Virus record (IMG/VR): IMGVR_UViG_3300036987_000040
Coordinates: 1 to 44,095 of that record
DNA length: 44,095 nucleotides
Origin: a virus
Lineage: Duplodnaviria; Caudoviricetes
Strand: one strand, 5' to 3'
The translations under genes were made by a program, and so were the position numbers. The notes beneath the pieces are model-generated. The model saw nothing but the letters and a program-made list of their open reading frames with translations, had not been told where the DNA came from and did not search any database. Below, in pieces: positions 8,114 to 16,885 of this stretch; position 1 is the first letter of the stretch, and the number at the start of each line of letters is the position of its first letter.

Positions 8114-8274
8114 TGTCATGACCCCGTGGCTTTTCCAGCCACTTCCCGAGTTTGGTTAATAGTCAGTGTGACGATTTTTGAACGCAACAAACCACCGGTT
8201 GCACACAGGTCGTCCCTCCTCCGTACCAGTAGCGTCCGCGTCTCAGCCCTCCTTGGGCGTCCTCATCGACTTGA

Positions 8275-8321
8275 ACCCGGCGCTCCAAAGCGCCCCAACG
8301 CCTCAGAGCGCCGGGTCTTTT
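8275..8321 (+). terminator. tR1-like intrinsic terminator
   Basis: 11-bp stem ACCCGGCGCTC/GAGCGCCGGGT followed by CTTTT. Confidence 0.6.
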
Positions 8322-8334
8322 ACGCGGAGCGCGC

Positions 8335-9012
8335 ATGCCGTTGTCAGATGAAATTCAGGCCGGGGTGGTCCGCATGGCACGCGCTGGCCGGCCGCCGGCA
8401 GTGATCTGCGCCGCCTTCGGTCTCACCAAGGGGCAGGTGAGCGGTATCATCTTTCGCGCCCGCCAAACCGGCTCGGTCAAGCCCACCGCGAAGCCCGTCC
8501 CCAAGCGTCGCAACTGGACGCCGGAAGATACCGTGAAGATCAAGCGCCTGTGGAACGAGGGCGCTTCCGCCACCGAGATCGCAAAGGAATTGGGCGTGCA
8601 GTCGCGGTGCGCCGTGATCGGCGTCATCCACCGCCTGAAGGGAAAGGGGCAGATCGAAGTTCGCCGCGCCAAGAACATGCGCTCGCGCGCGTCATACGGC
8701 TTCGATCCCGTGGCCGGCCTACCAATCCCCGCGCCTCGTGCTGACGACACCGCCCGCATTGCCTTCGCCGACCTCGAGCGCCACCACTGCCGTTTCATCT
8801 GCTGCGCTGAAGCGGGCAAGGCCGTTGCTGCCGGCGACAAGCTCTACTGCGGCGATGAGATTGTTCCGGGCACGTCATACTGCGCCGGTCATCTCGCCCG
8901 CGTCTCCCGCGACACCGCCCTGTACACGCCCAAGCAGCTGGCGTGGCTGGAAGAGCGCCGGACGAAGGCCGCCTACCGGCCGGCCGAGTCTCTCGAGGAG
9001 ATTCCGGCATGA
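8335..9012 (+). CDS. gcrA: GcrA-family regulator with duplicated N-terminal HTH
   Basis: WTPEDTVKIKRLWNEGASATEIAKELG-SRCAVIGVIHRL; C-terminal CRF...YCG...SYCAGH; extra N-terminal repeat GLTKGQVSGIIFRAR. Confidence 0.9.
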   Translation: MPLSDEIQAGVVRMARAGRPPAVICAAFGLTKGQVSGIIFRARQTGSVKPTAKPVPKRRNWTPEDTVKIKRLWNEGASATEIAKELGVQSRCAVIGVIHRLKGKGQIEVRRAKNMRSRASYGFDPVAGLPIPAPRADDTARIAFADLERHHCRFICCAEAGKAVAAGDKLYCGDEIVPGTSYCAGHLARVSRDTALYTPKQLAWLEERRTKAAYRPAESLEEIPA

Positions 9013-9221
9013 ATTGGGACCAGTTCGAAACCCGCATATTTGCCGGCAAGCGCATGTTTTCCGCCGGCGCCGAGCTGCGCCTCATCTTCCGCAGCCGCAA
9101 GAACCTCCCGTTCCTCACGCTGCAGAACTTCGGACGCTTTCCGCTGTCCGACCGTAACCCGTTCGATCAACCGTTCCCCGTTGCGTCCGAGAGTTCCCCT
9201 CAAACCTCGGAGAAATCCTGA
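9009..9221 (+). CDS. Hypothetical protein
   Basis: ATGA overlap with gcrA; GAGGAG RBS. Confidence 0.55.
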   Translation: MNWDQFETRIFAGKRMFSAGAELRLIFRSRKNLPFLTLQNFGRFPLSDRNPFDQPFPVASESSPQTSEKS

Positions 9222-10339
9222 TGAACCCGATCACTGACACCGACCGCCAGCGCCGTTGGCGCCATCTCGGCCACGTCTTCACCGTCACATCCATGCTCAT
9301 GACCGGCTGGGCCGGCTGGCATCTCGGCGGGGACAGCCTCATCGCGTCCGTCGTTCTCGCGGTGCTGTTCGCTGCTGTCACCTACGGTGCTGCCCATCTC
9401 CTCACCGAGATCGACGCTTCGTGGGCGGAAGGCCGCCGCAACGCCGCCATCGGCCTCACCGTCGTCTTCGGCCTGTTCTTCTGCGCCGAATACTTCGCCC
9501 ACACGATGTTCAACGTCGGCCACCGCGCCACCGACATCGAGCACGCCCAGCTTCAGGACACCCGCTTCGACGACACGCAGTCGCAGAAGGCGGAACTGGC
9601 CGAGAAGAAGAAGCTGCTCGAGGGTCGTCTCGACAAGCTCGAAGCGCAGCATGCGTGGATGTCGACCAAGCCGTCGGCAGCGTGGAAAGCCGAGATCGCC
9701 AACATGGAAGGCGATAAGGTTTTTGCCCGTTCCAAGCAGTGCGCCAACGTCACCAAGGCTGACAGCCGCGCATTCTGCGACAAGCTCGCCGAGCTGCGCG
9801 CCAATCTCGCCGTCGCCGAGGATCACGACAAGACGTCGGAGATGCTGGCGGCAACCGAGACGGCGTTGCTCAACACGCGCGAGAAGTCGGCCAGCATGAC
9901 CAAGGGCGAAAGCTCTGCGGCCGAGCAGACCAAGGTCATTGCGCAGCTGACGAGCTTCAGCCTCACGCCTTCGGCCACGCAGCTGGCGTGGGTCAACATC
10001 GGCATCGGTGGGTTCGTCTCGCTGCTGTCGTCGATGGCGGCTGCGGTAGCGAACTGGCTGGCCGGCGGCATTCGCTCGGCATCCTTGTTCGTCGCCAAGG
10101 CGAAGTGTGCTGTCGAAGCCAACCCGCTTCAGCCTCAGATCGACGAGCTGAAGGCGATGCTGCTGCAGATGGCCCAGGGTAGCCAGCGTCTCGTTACGGC
10201 CGCTCCTGCCCCCATCGCCGCCCCGGCAGCACCCATCAACGTGACCGAGAACTACACCGTCACCGACGACCAGCAAGCCAAGCGCATTCGTGAAGGCTTG
10301 CTTGCTGCTGCTGATCGCATCGAGCGAAAGGCGGCTTGA
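9221..10339 (+). CDS. Multi-pass membrane protein with coiled-coil (DUF4407-like architecture)
   Basis: Three N-terminal hydrophobic segments, a long coiled-coil with a Cys pair, and one further TM segment. Confidence 0.8.
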   Translation: MNPITDTDRQRRWRHLGHVFTVTSMLMTGWAGWHLGGDSLIASVVLAVLFAAVTYGAAHLLTEIDASWAEGRRNAAIGLTVVFGLFFCAEYFAHTMFNVGHRATDIEHAQLQDTRFDDTQSQKAELAEKKKLLEGRLDKLEAQHAWMSTKPSAAWKAEIANMEGDKVFARSKQCANVTKADSRAFCDKLAELRANLAVAEDHDKTSEMLAATETALLNTREKSASMTKGESSAAEQTKVIAQLTSFSLTPSATQLAWVNIGIGGFVSLLSSMAAAVANWLAGGIRSASLFVAKAKCAVEANPLQPQIDELKAMLLQMAQGSQRLVTAAPAPIAAPAAPINVTENYTVTDDQQAKRIREGLLAAADRIERKAA

Positions 10340-10341
10340 AA

Positions 10342-10479
10342 CTGAAAACGCCGGTCTCGTGGTGGAGACCGGCGTCTGGATCTGCGCCCGGGGGAATGTG
10401 GGCTTCAAACTCAACTTACGCATCACCGACAAGGAGCGTTTGATATGTGCAATATAGTCGGAAATCCTGTTCGGAACAA
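10342..10479 (-). ncRNA. Candidate antisense sRNA unit upstream of the replication gene
   Basis: Minus strand TTGTTC-17-TATATT promoter; 11-bp GC stem (10348-10375) followed by TTTT on the minus strand. Confidence 0.5.
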
Positions 10480-10524
10480 GGCGAAGAACGTTGCTTTTCC
10501 AGCATCCGTTGGAAGGAGCACGCA

Positions 10525-11313
10525 ATGAAAATCGCCTCCTTCTCTATCGCAGATTACTGCGAAGCCACGGAAGGCATGCCGCACGACGTCGAGCGGCTCT
10601 ATTTCCGCATCCTGATGAAGATGTATTCGCGCGAAGCCGGATTGCCGGACGACGACCGCGATAACGCGCGCATCTTCGGCTACGACATCCGCGTCTACAA
10701 AGGGCTCAAGGCAAAGCTGCTCAATTGGCCGGACGCCGTCCGCATCGAGGGCGGCTTGATGCTCAATGGGCGGGTCGAGAAAGACATCGCCGACTACAAA
10801 TCCAAAAGGAAGTCTGCCGGACTTCCGGCAAAGATCAGCGAGACTTCCGGCGAACTTCTGCCGGACTTGTCGCAAAAGTCTCCTCACATCTCACATGCAA
10901 CAAACGGCGAAAACAATAACTTAGCTGAACCCTCTCCTACTCCTACTCCATCTCCAATAGAATCTAACCCCCTTATTCCCCCTGATCCGTATGACCGCTG
11001 CGCGTTCGTTGCTGGCGAGCTTGTGCTGCGAAACGGGCTGAAGGCGTTTTGGCTCGACCAGTTTGGCGGTGACGAGATCCGGCTCGACCTCGCCCTGAAG
11101 CAGGCCGCCGGGTACGTCCAGGAAAATAGCCGCAGGCCGCTTGAAGCGCAGGTCAGCGCACAGCTCGGGCGCATCGCCGGTGATCGGCATGACCGCGATC
11201 GGAGGGTGTCGAGGACGCCAGCCGTGGCCCAGACGCAACCGTTCGAAGACTGGCGCGAGAAACGCCAGCGCGAGCAGCGTGAATTCCTCGAGTTGGCGCG
11301 GAGTATGTCGTGA
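10525..11313 (+). CDS. Replication initiator (DUF1376/YdaU-like, lambda O analogue)
   Basis: FSIADYCEATEGM...LYFRILMKMYSREAGLPDDD; AAGGAG RBS; internal iterons. Confidence 0.85.
   Translation: MKIASFSIADYCEATEGMPHDVERLYFRILMKMYSREAGLPDDDRDNARIFGYDIRVYKGLKAKLLNWPDAVRIEGGLMLNGRVEKDIADYKSKRKSAGLPAKISETSGELLPDLSQKSPHISHATNGENNNLAEPSPTPTPSPIESNPLIPPDPYDRCAFVAGELVLRNGLKAFWLDQFGGDEIRLDLALKQAAGYVQENSRRPLEAQVSAQLGRIAGDRHDRDRRVSRTPAVAQTQPFEDWREKRQREQREFLELARSMS
10813..10930. other. Putative replication origin (iterons plus A-rich tract)
   Basis: TCTGCCGGACTT at 10813 and 10857; GACTTCCGGC at 10820 and 10842; A-rich AACAAACGGCGAAAACAATAACTT follows. Confidence 0.65.
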
Positions 11314-11978
11314 TGAACCCCCTGCTGAGCCGACTAGCGATCGTGTACGGGCCGCCGGAAAGTGCCGACCCCGCGGCGTACCTCGCCGAGATCGCGAAGA
11401 TGATCGCGAAGTACCCGCCGAACATCCTGGAAAAGGCCGGCGATCTGATCCTGCGCACACATCGCGGCAAGAGCTTCCCCAAGCCGAACGACATCGTGAC
11501 CGCCTGCGAGGATGCGCTGCCGGACCCGACCAACGGCGGCTCGGAGAAAATCCGCTACGCCGAATGGCTCGCGGCCAGCTTCGTGTGCGAGACGCAGCAC
11601 AACCCCAAGACCAACCGCATGGAGCCGCTGGGCTTCGAGTTCTCCAAGCGCTTCCGCGGCCACCCGTGGGTGGAGCAGGCCGAGAGCGAGGGCTGGGGCA
11701 AAGAGCTGCGCGGCCACCTTCGCCACGTGATCAAGATCCGCATCATTGGCGAGATGGCGAAGGGCAACACGGACATCAACGTGAACCTCATCGTGCCGAA
11801 CATCTCCGAGGTGATGCCCAACAAGGCATGGGTCGATGCCGCACGCGAGCAGGCCAAGCGCTACGCAGCGGCGAAGGCTTGGCGGGACACGCAGCCGGAG
11901 CCGGCAGACGCCGCACGGCTCGAGGCAGCACTGCGCCGGCTGATCGGCAAGGCCGCTACGCAGGAAGCAGCAGAATGA
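11310..11978 (+). CDS. Hypothetical protein in the helicase-loader (P) position
   Basis: Coupled to the initiator; LILRTHRGKSFPKPNDIVTAC resembles loader N-termini. Confidence 0.7.
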   Translation: MMNPLLSRLAIVYGPPESADPAAYLAEIAKMIAKYPPNILEKAGDLILRTHRGKSFPKPNDIVTACEDALPDPTNGGSEKIRYAEWLAASFVCETQHNPKTNRMEPLGFEFSKRFRGHPWVEQAESEGWGKELRGHLRHVIKIRIIGEMAKGNTDINVNLIVPNISEVMPNKAWVDAAREQAKRYAAAKAWRDTQPEPADAARLEAALRRLIGKAATQEAAE

Positions 11979-12187
11979 CCCCATCGGCGGCCGAAATCCG
12001 CAATGAAATGCGGGCCGGTCGCGACACACTCGAAATCGCAGACCTGTACGGCGTTCCTGAGTCCCAGGTTTACAACGCACTCTCAGAAAGGAACGTCAGC
12101 AATGACAGAGCAACAAGCGAGGGAGCGGTTCGATCTCCTGTTCAAGAGGTACGAAGAGGGTGGGCACGACAGCCTGACCTCCGGTGA
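11975..12187 (+). CDS. Small HTH protein
   Basis: GRDTLEIADLYGVPESQVYNAL. Confidence 0.6.
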   Translation: MTPSAAEIRNEMRAGRDTLEIADLYGVPESQVYNALSERNVSNDRATSEGAVRSPVQEVRRGWARQPDLR

Positions 12188-12245
12188 GCGCGAGGAACTG
12201 ATGGCGCTGTATCTGACACTCGAAGCTGGAGGGAAGCCGCAATGA
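12102..12245 (+). CDS. Small hypothetical protein
   Basis: AAGGA RBS; ATGA coupling to the next gene. Confidence 0.5.
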   Translation: MTEQQARERFDLLFKRYEEGGHDSLTSGEREELMALYLTLEAGGKPQ

Positions 12246-12898
12246 GCCTTGCAGAGCACCTACCGCCCCGTCCCCGCATCAAGCGCAAGGCGTTCCGGAA
12301 CCTGCACGGCTTTGACCGCGCCCGCGTCCTCGCAGCAGCGGAGAAAGGCACCGTAGACCTCAGGCAGCAGGGTGGTCCCTTGCGCTGGTACATCCTGCGG
12401 GTGGAGCCGCAGAAGGAATTCCCCGCCGAGCAGATCATCGACAAGCGCGGCGCCATCTCGTTCGTGCCGGTGGAGGAGAAGTTTCCCCGCCTCTCCCGCC
12501 ATTCCCGCAAGCGCGACAAGGCCGCCGAGCCCAAGCGCTATCCGATCTTCCCCGGCTACGTCTTTGCCGGGTTCCACGGCACCATCCCCATGCGTGAGCT
12601 GGCACGGCTGTACGTCATCAAGGGCGTCGTCGGCCTGGAGGGAAGGCCGTATGAGGTTCCGGGCGACATCATCGAAGGGCTGAAGAAACTTTCCGGCAAG
12701 ACACTCCCGCGCCGCTCGAGCCCCAACCCGCACAAGTCCTTCGACGTCGGTGAAACGGTGGAGATCACCGGGGGACCATTCGAGGGCTGGTCATTGCCGA
12801 TTGTCGGCATCAGCGGCAAGATGGCGGAGTTCATGGTGCAGTTCATGGGCAAAGAGCAGAAGGTGAAGGTGCCGTTGGCATTCTTGGAGGCAGCGTGA
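12242..12898 (+). CDS. NusG/RfaH-family transcription antiterminator in the Q position
   Basis: NGN domain WYILRVEPQKE...PIFPGYVF; KOW domain FDVGETVEITGGPFEG. Confidence 0.92.
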   Translation: MSLAEHLPPRPRIKRKAFRNLHGFDRARVLAAAEKGTVDLRQQGGPLRWYILRVEPQKEFPAEQIIDKRGAISFVPVEEKFPRLSRHSRKRDKAAEPKRYPIFPGYVFAGFHGTIPMRELARLYVIKGVVGLEGRPYEVPGDIIEGLKKLSGKTLPRRSSPNPHKSFDVGETVEITGGPFEGWSLPIVGISGKMAEFMVQFMGKEQKVKVPLAFLEAA

Positions 12899-13116
12899 TG
12901 GGTGAGGTGGTCATCCTTCAAAACGTCACCTCGCTCGACCTACCACCGGAGCGGTTACTGAATGCAGCCATCGAAGCAGGGCCATCCAAAGTCCTGATCA
13001 TCGGCGTCAAAGAAGACGGTAGCGAATACTTCGCCAGTTCCGTGGCCGATGGCGGCGATGTGCTATGGATGTTGGAGCGTGCCAAACTCAAGCTGTTGCA
13101 GGTCGTCGAGAAATGA
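12898..13116 (+). CDS. Small hypothetical protein
   Basis: GGAGG RBS, coupled to the nusG-like stop. Confidence 0.75.
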   Translation: MGEVVILQNVTSLDLPPERLLNAAIEAGPSKVLIIGVKEDGSEYFASSVADGGDVLWMLERAKLKLLQVVEK

Positions 13117-13379
13117 TTCATTCCCGCCACACATGCACAGAAATACCACCGTCATTTCACCGCCCCATTGCGTCCCGCGCACGCGCGCGATAACCAGAAA
13201 CCAGCAATGGCGACCTGATCAGAAGCGCGCTTTATGCGGACGCTCTAGGAACCCAGCAGAAGCGGCAGATGTTTTTCGTATCTCGCCCTCTGCCAGTCTC
13301 GAATTGCGCCCGAAGCAATCTCAACACGCACGCGCAGCGTAGGCGAAGGGCTCGATAGCCCAAGCCGTCAAAATCCAAA

Positions 13380-13463
13380 TTCCCCGCGGGTACTAGCCCC
13401 GCTCATGGCTCCCTCACTGTCAGCGGGGCCGTGCCGCACATCTCCCGGATAACCCGCGGGGAA
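13380..13463 (+). other. Structured late-leader element
   Basis: 12-bp IR 13380-13391/13452-13463 enclosing an 8-bp stem 13396-13403/13422-13429. Confidence 0.45.
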
Positions 13464-13483
13464 CCCTCTCGCATGAGGCCAGC

Positions 13484-13693
13484 ATGAACGCGAACCAAGC
13501 CTTCAAGGAGGTTCTCGCCTGGGTCACCTGGGCTTTGACCCTCGTCATCCAGGTCGGATTACTCGTCCTCATCGCAACGGCGGTGGCGGCAGAGTTCAAG
13601 TTCTCCACCCCTCTGCTCCCGGTCGTCCAGTGGCAGACGCTGGCATGGGCATCAGGAGCTTGGTGGCTCTACCAGGGCAAGAAGATCGTCTGA
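13484..13693 (+). CDS. Small two-TM membrane protein (holin candidate)
   Basis: Two hydrophobic segments, basic C-terminus, GAGG RBS. Confidence 0.65.
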   Translation: MNANQAFKEVLAWVTWALTLVIQVGLLVLIATAVAAEFKFSTPLLPVVQWQTLAWASGAWWLYQGKKIV

Positions 13694-13705
13694 GGATAGA
13701 ACCGG

Positions 13706-14134
13706 ATGCCCACCTCAACCTTCACCTTCTTTCACGACTTCTCCGAGCAGCTCGGCAAGGGCGTCCACGACTTCGCCTCGCACACCTTCAAGGTGGCGCT
13801 GACCAATTCTGCACCGAACTATTCCACCAATACAAACATCAGCGACATCACGCAGATTTCTGCGACGGGCGGCTATGCCTCGGGCGGCTATACCCTCGAC
13901 AGCGTAACGTGGGCGCAGTCTTCCAACGTCTCGAAGCTGACCGTGGCTGACGAGGTGATCACGGCGTCGGGCGCCAGCGTCGGGCCATTCAGGTACGCGG
14001 TAGTGCAGAACGTCACCGCGTCAGGCGCACTCGTTGGCGGTCTCGACTATGGCTCGGCGCTCACTCTGGCGGACACGGAAAGCCTGACCCTCGACTTCGA
14101 CGCCACCAACGGCCTCATGACGGTGACAGTATGA
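13706..14134 (+). CDS. Beta-rich virion structural or fibre subunit
   Basis: HTFKVALTN...GGYASGGYTL...GPFRYAVV; Thr/Ser/Gly-rich; GAGGA RBS. Confidence 0.75.
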   Translation: MPTSTFTFFHDFSEQLGKGVHDFASHTFKVALTNSAPNYSTNTNISDITQISATGGYASGGYTLDSVTWAQSSNVSKLTVADEVITASGASVGPFRYAVVQNVTASGALVGGLDYGSALTLADTESLTLDFDATNGLMTVTV

Positions 14135-14370
14135 GCTTTGACATCGCATCCGCGCGCAAGCGCTTTCACGAGCTACGTGGGCAGCGCGACGCCATCCGCG
14201 AGCAATCCGCACCGATCCGCGCCGAGCGCGACAAGATCGAGGCGGACGCCAAGGCGCAGCTCGAAAACTATGACGCGCAGATCAGAGCGATTGAGGACGG
14301 CCTGCCGCCGATCAAGGAGGAGATGGCGTTCCTCTGCCGGGCGCTGAACGGAAAGACGGGGACGGCGTAA
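14131..14370 (+). CDS. Small coiled-coil protein
   Basis: Coupled start; heptad pattern. Confidence 0.75.
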   Translation: MSFDIASARKRFHELRGQRDAIREQSAPIRAERDKIEADAKAQLENYDAQIRAIEDGLPPIKEEMAFLCRALNGKTGTA

Positions 14371-14859
14371 GTGGCGCTGGCCACGATCAACGCTCCCGGG
14401 TGGGAGCTGATCGACTCCAACACGTCCCCCGGCACGGTAGCGGCGGTCAATTTCAACCACGCGCTGATCCCGGCTTTCACCGAGTTGATGATCACGGTGG
14501 AATCCATCACGGCGAGCACCAACGCGGCGGTGCGCTTCCAGTTTTCGACCGATGGCGGATCCACGTTTCTCAACATCGCCTACCAGCGCAACCAGAACTC
14601 ATCGGGCTCCGAGCAGCGGCAGACCTATCTCGGTCACGAAAGCGCCGGTTCATCCAGCTTGCAGGGCACGTGCCACATCATCTGCCCGCCTAACGCCTAC
14701 AAACACGCCCGCATGCACTCCTCGCAGTCTGGGGCATCAAACTTTGGCGGCGCGGCGCATGGCACGGTGGAGTCCGCATCTGTGATCAACTACGTGCGCA
14801 TCACGCTGAACACCGGCAACATCACCGCCGGCACGTTCCGCCTGTTCGGTAAGCGCTGA
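14371..14859 (+). CDS. Fibre-tip-like beta-sandwich protein
   Basis: RFQFSTDGGSTF and C-terminal INYVRITLNTGNITAGTFRLFG, typical of fibre distal domains. Confidence 0.7.
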   Translation: MALATINAPGWELIDSNTSPGTVAAVNFNHALIPAFTELMITVESITASTNAAVRFQFSTDGGSTFLNIAYQRNQNSSGSEQRQTYLGHESAGSSSLQGTCHIICPPNAYKHARMHSSQSGASNFGGAAHGTVESASVINYVRITLNTGNITAGTFRLFGKR

Positions 14860-15209
14860 TGGCGATCACAGAAGCCTATTCGGACACCGGCACATCGATC
14901 GGCACCACGGAATGGTCGTTGACGAACGACTCCAGCACCATCGCCAACCAGACCGATGACGGCGCCTACCAAGTATTCCTGGACCTCAACGCGATGGCGT
15001 CGGGCGACACCTTCGTGGTTCGGCTCTATGAGAAGGTCTACAGCGCCGGCACGCGCCGCGTGGCTCAATCGTGGACGCTCACAGGTGCGCAGTCCGATCC
15101 GATATGGGTCTCGCCGTGCGTGCTCCTCATGCACGGATGGGATTTCAGCATTCAGAAGACCGCCGGCACGGATCGTTCAATCGCCTGGAGCGTCAGAAAG
15201 GTAGCCTGA
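14859..15209 (+). CDS. Beta-rich virion-type protein
   Basis: Coupled start; beta-strand pattern. Confidence 0.7.
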   Translation: MAITEAYSDTGTSIGTTEWSLTNDSSTIANQTDDGAYQVFLDLNAMASGDTFVVRLYEKVYSAGTRRVAQSWTLTGAQSDPIWVSPCVLLMHGWDFSIQKTAGTDRSIAWSVRKVA

Positions 15210-15210
15210 C

Positions 15211-16110
15211 GTGAGCTTTGCGGCGCCTTACTGGTTCTTCGATCCGCTAGCGACGGCCGCGCAGCTAGCGACCGCCAATTCCTACCTGCTCGACGTCACA
15301 GTCGGCAGCGTCACGGTTACCGGCCAGAGCGTAGGCCTGCGTGGCGACCGGCAGCTGCACGTCACAGGGGCGAACGTCTCTGTTGCAGGCCAATCGGTCG
15401 CTCTCAAAGCAAGCCGCCAGCTCGCGGTCACCAAATCAGACGTCGCCGTCACCGGCTACAACGTCATCCTGCTCAAGACCTTCGTGCTCGGGGTCCAGGT
15501 CGGCAATGTCGCCGTCGCGGGTCAGTCGGTAGCCCTTAGGGCCGCTCGAAACCTTACCGTCACTCATTCGAACGTTGCGGTTGCTGGTCAGAGCGTCACC
15601 CTCAACCTCAACCGCCGCCTTGCCGCTACGGTCGGCAGCGTTACGGTATCAGGACAGAGCGTTGCTCTAAGGGCGACGAGACAGCTTCGCGTCACGACCG
15701 GACCCGTAACGGTCACCGGGAACAGCGTCGGCCTCGGCTATACCCGCTACCTGGTCACCGGCACTGCCAACGTCTCGGTCCAGGGCTACCCGGTATTTCT
15801 CAAGGCCGACCGCCAGCTTCACGTCAGCGTCGGCAATGTCCAGATCACCGGGCAGACCACCGTCTTCTCCCGCACCTATGCGATCATCGTGGGGACGGGG
15901 CATGTGGTGGTCACTGGGTACGGGCAGCAGTTCGCCTACCACCGTCGGCGCATCTTAGGCGCGCTCACTGGAGCCAAAAGCAACGCCATCGTCGGCGGTG
16001 CCCAGGTCCAGATGTACGGATCATTCGGCCAACCCTCAATCGCTTTCATGGGTGGCAACAAGAGCGTCACGGGCCGCGCTCGCGGCGGATCCAGGATCAG
16101 AGGCTACTAG
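15211..16110 (+). CDS. Protein with ten tandem 22-aa beta repeats
   Basis: Consensus LxVTxGxVxVxGQSVxLRxxRQ, about 15289-15948. Confidence 0.85.
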   Translation: MSFAAPYWFFDPLATAAQLATANSYLLDVTVGSVTVTGQSVGLRGDRQLHVTGANVSVAGQSVALKASRQLAVTKSDVAVTGYNVILLKTFVLGVQVGNVAVAGQSVALRAARNLTVTHSNVAVAGQSVTLNLNRRLAATVGSVTVSGQSVALRATRQLRVTTGPVTVTGNSVGLGYTRYLVTGTANVSVQGYPVFLKADRQLHVSVGNVQITGQTTVFSRTYAIIVGTGHVVVTGYGQQFAYHRRRILGALTGAKSNAIVGGAQVQMYGSFGQPSIAFMGGNKSVTGRARGGSRIRGY

Positions 16111-16112
16111 AG

Positions 16113-16436
16113 ATGCTGAAGAACGGCCGCCTCTACCCAGGCAACACCATGCAGGTGTCCGTCACCCTGGTAGACGACAGCGGCAACGCTATCGACCCTG
16201 ACACCATCGTCTTCAAGACCTACGATCCCTGCGGCCGCACCCAAACCTACACCTACGGCCCTGACCCGGAAGTCACCCGCTCATCTGCCGGCATCTACGT
16301 CGCTGAGATCACCCCAGACAAAGCAGGACGCTGGAACTGCCGCTGGGAAACCACCGAGCCCGTGTTCACCACCGAGGACAGTTTCATCGTCCTCACGTCT
16401 CCATTCTCATCCGATTGCTATAGGGACTACGTGTGA
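16113..16436 (+). CDS. Ig-like adaptor-type virion protein
   Basis: GNTMQVSVTL...DP...GIYVAEITPDKAGRWNCRW pattern. Confidence 0.7.
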   Translation: MLKNGRLYPGNTMQVSVTLVDDSGNAIDPDTIVFKTYDPCGRTQTYTYGPDPEVTRSSAGIYVAEITPDKAGRWNCRWETTEPVFTTEDSFIVLTSPFSSDCYRDYV

Positions 16437-16828
16437 TGCTTGACCCGGTCAGAGAGAAATTTGCCCAGGAGTACTGCGCAACTGGCAATGCCTCTGAGGC
16501 GCGCCGACGCGCAGACCCTAAGACTAAGAAATGGAAGAAACAATCGCTCCACGTTGAGGCTAGCAAGATGCTCAACGAACCTGAGGTTCAACTGAGGATT
16601 CACGATTTGCAGGCCGCCGCCCGCGAAAAGCACGGCGTGACCATTGAAAGCCTCACGCTTGAACTCGAAGAAGCACGCACCTTCGCCAAGAGCGTTGGGC
16701 AATCCGGCCCCATGGTCACAGCGGTGATGGGCAAGGCCAAGCTCCACGGCCTGATCGTCGACAAGAACGAGGTGACGGGCAAGGACGGCACGCCGCTTGT
16801 GCCGGTGCTGAATGTCTCGCTCGGGTAG
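16433..16828 (+). CDS. terS: Terminase small subunit
   Basis: EKFAQEYCATGNASEARRRA, ASKMLNEPEV, KAKLHGL, EVTGKDG. Confidence 0.92.
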   Translation: MMLDPVREKFAQEYCATGNASEARRRADPKTKKWKKQSLHVEASKMLNEPEVQLRIHDLQAAAREKHGVTIESLTLELEEARTFAKSVGQSGPMVTAVMGKAKLHGLIVDKNEVTGKDGTPLVPVLNVSLG

Positions 16829-16885
16829 AACTGTATTCTACAAAGTCTCCGCGCGCCGCCGGGACGCTGAAATCATTTTGCGCTG

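Noticed and set aside
9009-9221. NPFDQPF resembling the ejection protein NxFDQFD motif
   Set aside because: Single imperfect match; probably chance
10474-10489. GAAC...GAAC as a second LexA box
   Set aside because: Spacer is 8 nt, not 7
9200-10525. 441-aa minus-strand ORF
   Set aside because: Antisense shadow of the membrane protein gene; typical high-GC artefact with no motifs
13380-13463. tRNA-sized structure after the antiterminator
   Set aside because: No D or T loop consensus and no CCA; kept only as a structured leader
15289-15948. 66-bp periodicity as a possible CRISPR or non-coding array
   Set aside because: Repeats are conserved at the protein level with synonymous variation; there is no repeat-spacer structure and no cas gene
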